Positions 61,901-64,000 of a DNA stretch of 64,000 nucleotides are shown here, piece after piece. The first letter of the stretch is position 1; every line of letters begins with the position of its first letter. Below the pieces are notes generated by a model, which worked only from the letters and a program-made list of their open reading frames with translations, was not told where the DNA came from and did no database searches. Origin of the DNA: Vermamoeba vermiformis (taxonomy: Eukaryota); NCBI GenBank assembly GCA_045837725.1, contig JBEWZL010000073.1:124001-188000 (forward strand), in the 5' to 3' direction. The position numbers and the translations under genes were made by a program.

Positions 61901-62763
61901 GTCGATCCCTGTACTACGTTAGTTATGTGTCACAAAAACAATACGTACAGTTGATCTGCTCCACTCTTCCGTCGTTCACTTGAGTAGAATTTTCATCAAA
62001 TATCGCCGTACTGAATTGGATAGCTAGTTCTCGCCGTGAATCTACCAAATTTAACAAATCTTGTAACAATAGGGTAGCGTCTTGTTGTCCAGCTTGCACA
62101 ATTGTTCGTACATTAGAATCGATAGCGAGAGTAGTTGCTAGTCTTTCAAACAGAACTGCAGCATCGACCGGTTGGCTTTGTTCAACGAATTTGAGTAAAT
62201 ACTCGTTGACTAGCATCGCAATCTCGGTAGTTGACTGTTCAAACAGTTGCTGTAGACACGGGACCTTTGCAATAAGTACCAAGCATACGTGCAGAAAACA
62301 ACGAACACTTGGGTTAACAAACCCAAATTTAAACAGTGGAGACTATCGCAGAAAATTAGGATTACTGCACAAGATTATTATTCTTACCTCAAATTCAAAT
62401 GGATATAATTGTATCTTTCCTATCTTATGCGAAGTAAAATTGCCTCTATTTTTTGGCTGGCTGTAAATTTGTTAGCACAGAAGACAGATCGACCGTCGAA
62501 TTTTCTTACTTTAAAATGTTATTAATGATCGCAATAAATTCATCTTTTGCTATATTGCCGTGATATGCTTCGTAGACCCAGTGAATGTCGCCCATTGAGA
62601 GACCACGCTCATTTGTTTCGTGGAAGTGGATCAACGACTGCATGACATTTGGAGAAGCTACAAAACGTTGTAGATCGGTGTCTGAAGATACGACACATTA
62701 AAAATAATTTTTTAATAGTGCAAATAACATAGCCTTACCCGAAAAGACACGAACAAGCGACAT
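58920..62763 (-). mobile_element. piggyBac-family transposase gene with N-terminal USP (peptidase C19) and chromodomain, multi-exon
   Basis: USP Cys box GFVNPSVRCFLH, QQDA, His box HDG....GHY...NYND; chromo IYKVR..WEWLIDWK...NWICE; transposase GP..SIFSRF, LRDYW, MGRDRFEQI, FDE, FIPSKP, ITD, GFVD; C-terminal Cys-rich domain. Confidence 0.8.
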
Positions 62764-63017
62764 CTGCATCCAAAAAAAATAGTACCTTAGTATTGGCTAA
62801 AAAATGTAGTAAATTACTCTAGAACGTCCAAATTTAATTGAGATTTAAGCCGTTTGGGTAAAATAAAAAATATGAATATTCGATTTCAAATTAGGATCGG
62901 GGTCATTTACCCTACTGAAGGCCGGCAATTGGTGGTATCTTGCAACAACATAAGCGTCGAACTGGTTCAAAACAGAAAATGGCGAATTACTGAAGAAAAA
63001 GCACGTGAGTATTTATT

Positions 63018-64000
63018 TCAAGGAATTCCATCGAGATCACTCAGCTGGTTGAAAGCGGCAATGAATGCATTGGGATCGAACTCAGGAACTTCAAAAAGTC
63101 CAAGCGAGCAAAGCAACACTTCATAATGGAGCTGTAGGTACTGTAGCACCAGATCCAGTGGCTGCTCGCCAAATATTGTCGCCATAGCAAGCCCACCTGC
63201 GTCACTTAACTCTAACTCATCCACAACACCGGCAACTCGTTGGTACAATTCGCAAACTTGGACCAGCAATGGATCTGCAAAACTCAGCGTCAACAAAGTG
63301 CATGATAAAAATGACTCCTCTTACTGATCGTTGGTACTGAATGAGCCAAGGGGTGTTCGCATAGGAATTTATGACGATTGAATAGCTCAAATGTGTAGAA
63401 CGGCTCGACGGAGAATTCAGTGTATGCATCCAGGTTCACTCGACGAACTAACCACGTGCCTAATGAATCATTACACAAATTGACACGGTGCGAAAGTTGC
63501 TTACCGATGAATTGGAAGACATCTTCTTGATATTCAACCGCAATTTCGAGAGGAAGACAGTGATAACAATTGAGCCGCACCATGTCATTCCTTGCTGAAT
63601 CTGCCCCGCGATTGACGACAAATGAGCCATCAATCATCGTGCCGCCCGCCCCACCAACTGTTATAACCCCCTCGCGCCAATTACTCCAATTATTACCAGG
63701 GAAATTTTTCCGAAGTAACATCGACATACAACCTGGAGTGAATTAATCCATCGCGCCGTTTAATTTGCAGAATTGGAATTACCTATTTGACTGAGGCCAT
63801 TAAAGGAGGAGTCTATTGTTAAGCCACCAGTAAATTCTGCTTTGGCCAAATCGAACTTGGAATACAGCTCCCCAACCTGAGCTTTCGTTATTTTGATTGA
63901 AGTGATTAAACGTCAAGATTGTCACTTACTTTAAGATGTTTTCTCGGGCCGAAGATACATGATTTACCAACGGCACATTCATGCAACTGCTCGATGAGCA
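63018..64000 (-). CDS. Unknown spliced protein, 5' end outside the window; probable 1-nt frameshift near 63295
   Basis: ORFs 63290-63727 and 63018-63296 abut in different frames; GT-AG intron at about 63733-63783. Confidence 0.45.

Noticed and set aside
24831-64000. Endogenous giant virus or Polinton
   Set aside because: No capsid, packaging ATPase, polB, primase-helicase or viral transcription genes are visible, although a viral origin of individual glycosyltransferases is not excluded.

Overview
Eukaryotic (protist-like, probably amoebozoan; taxon is inference) genomic DNA with three compartments. (1) ~1-21.7 kb: intron-rich housekeeping genes in head-to-head pairs (pyrophosphatase/MoeA, atypical Rab/GPN1, SRP54/CDK7, PUS3/TFIIIA-like, DNAJC2/CDK8), then a frameshifted LRR gene. 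A modular dispersed repeat sits in the tail-to-tail gaps. (2) ~24.8-57.4 kb: a visibly AT-richer, intron-poor, tightly packed island of about 23 genes that reads like a specialised-metabolite/glycoconjugate gene cluster. It holds a DMATS-type aromatic prenyltransferase, a covalent-FAD oxidase, two DUF6875-like paralogues, six glycosyltransferases (GT25, two GT1/UGT, GT-C, GT8, GT7), a pyruvyltransferase, a PP-loop enzyme, two half ABC exporters, two methyltransferases, a P450, a GH3 amido synthetase, a PLP lyase/epimerase and UDP-xylose synthase. Its left edge carries a deleted DNA-level copy of SRP54 sequence. (3) ~58.5-64 kb: a ~350-nt highly structured GC-rich segment between 9-bp direct repeats, then a spliced gene that appears to fuse a ubiquitin-specific protease, a chromodomain and a DDD-intact piggyBac transposase. 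Exon boundaries were assembled by eye and family calls rest on motif recognition, not database searches.
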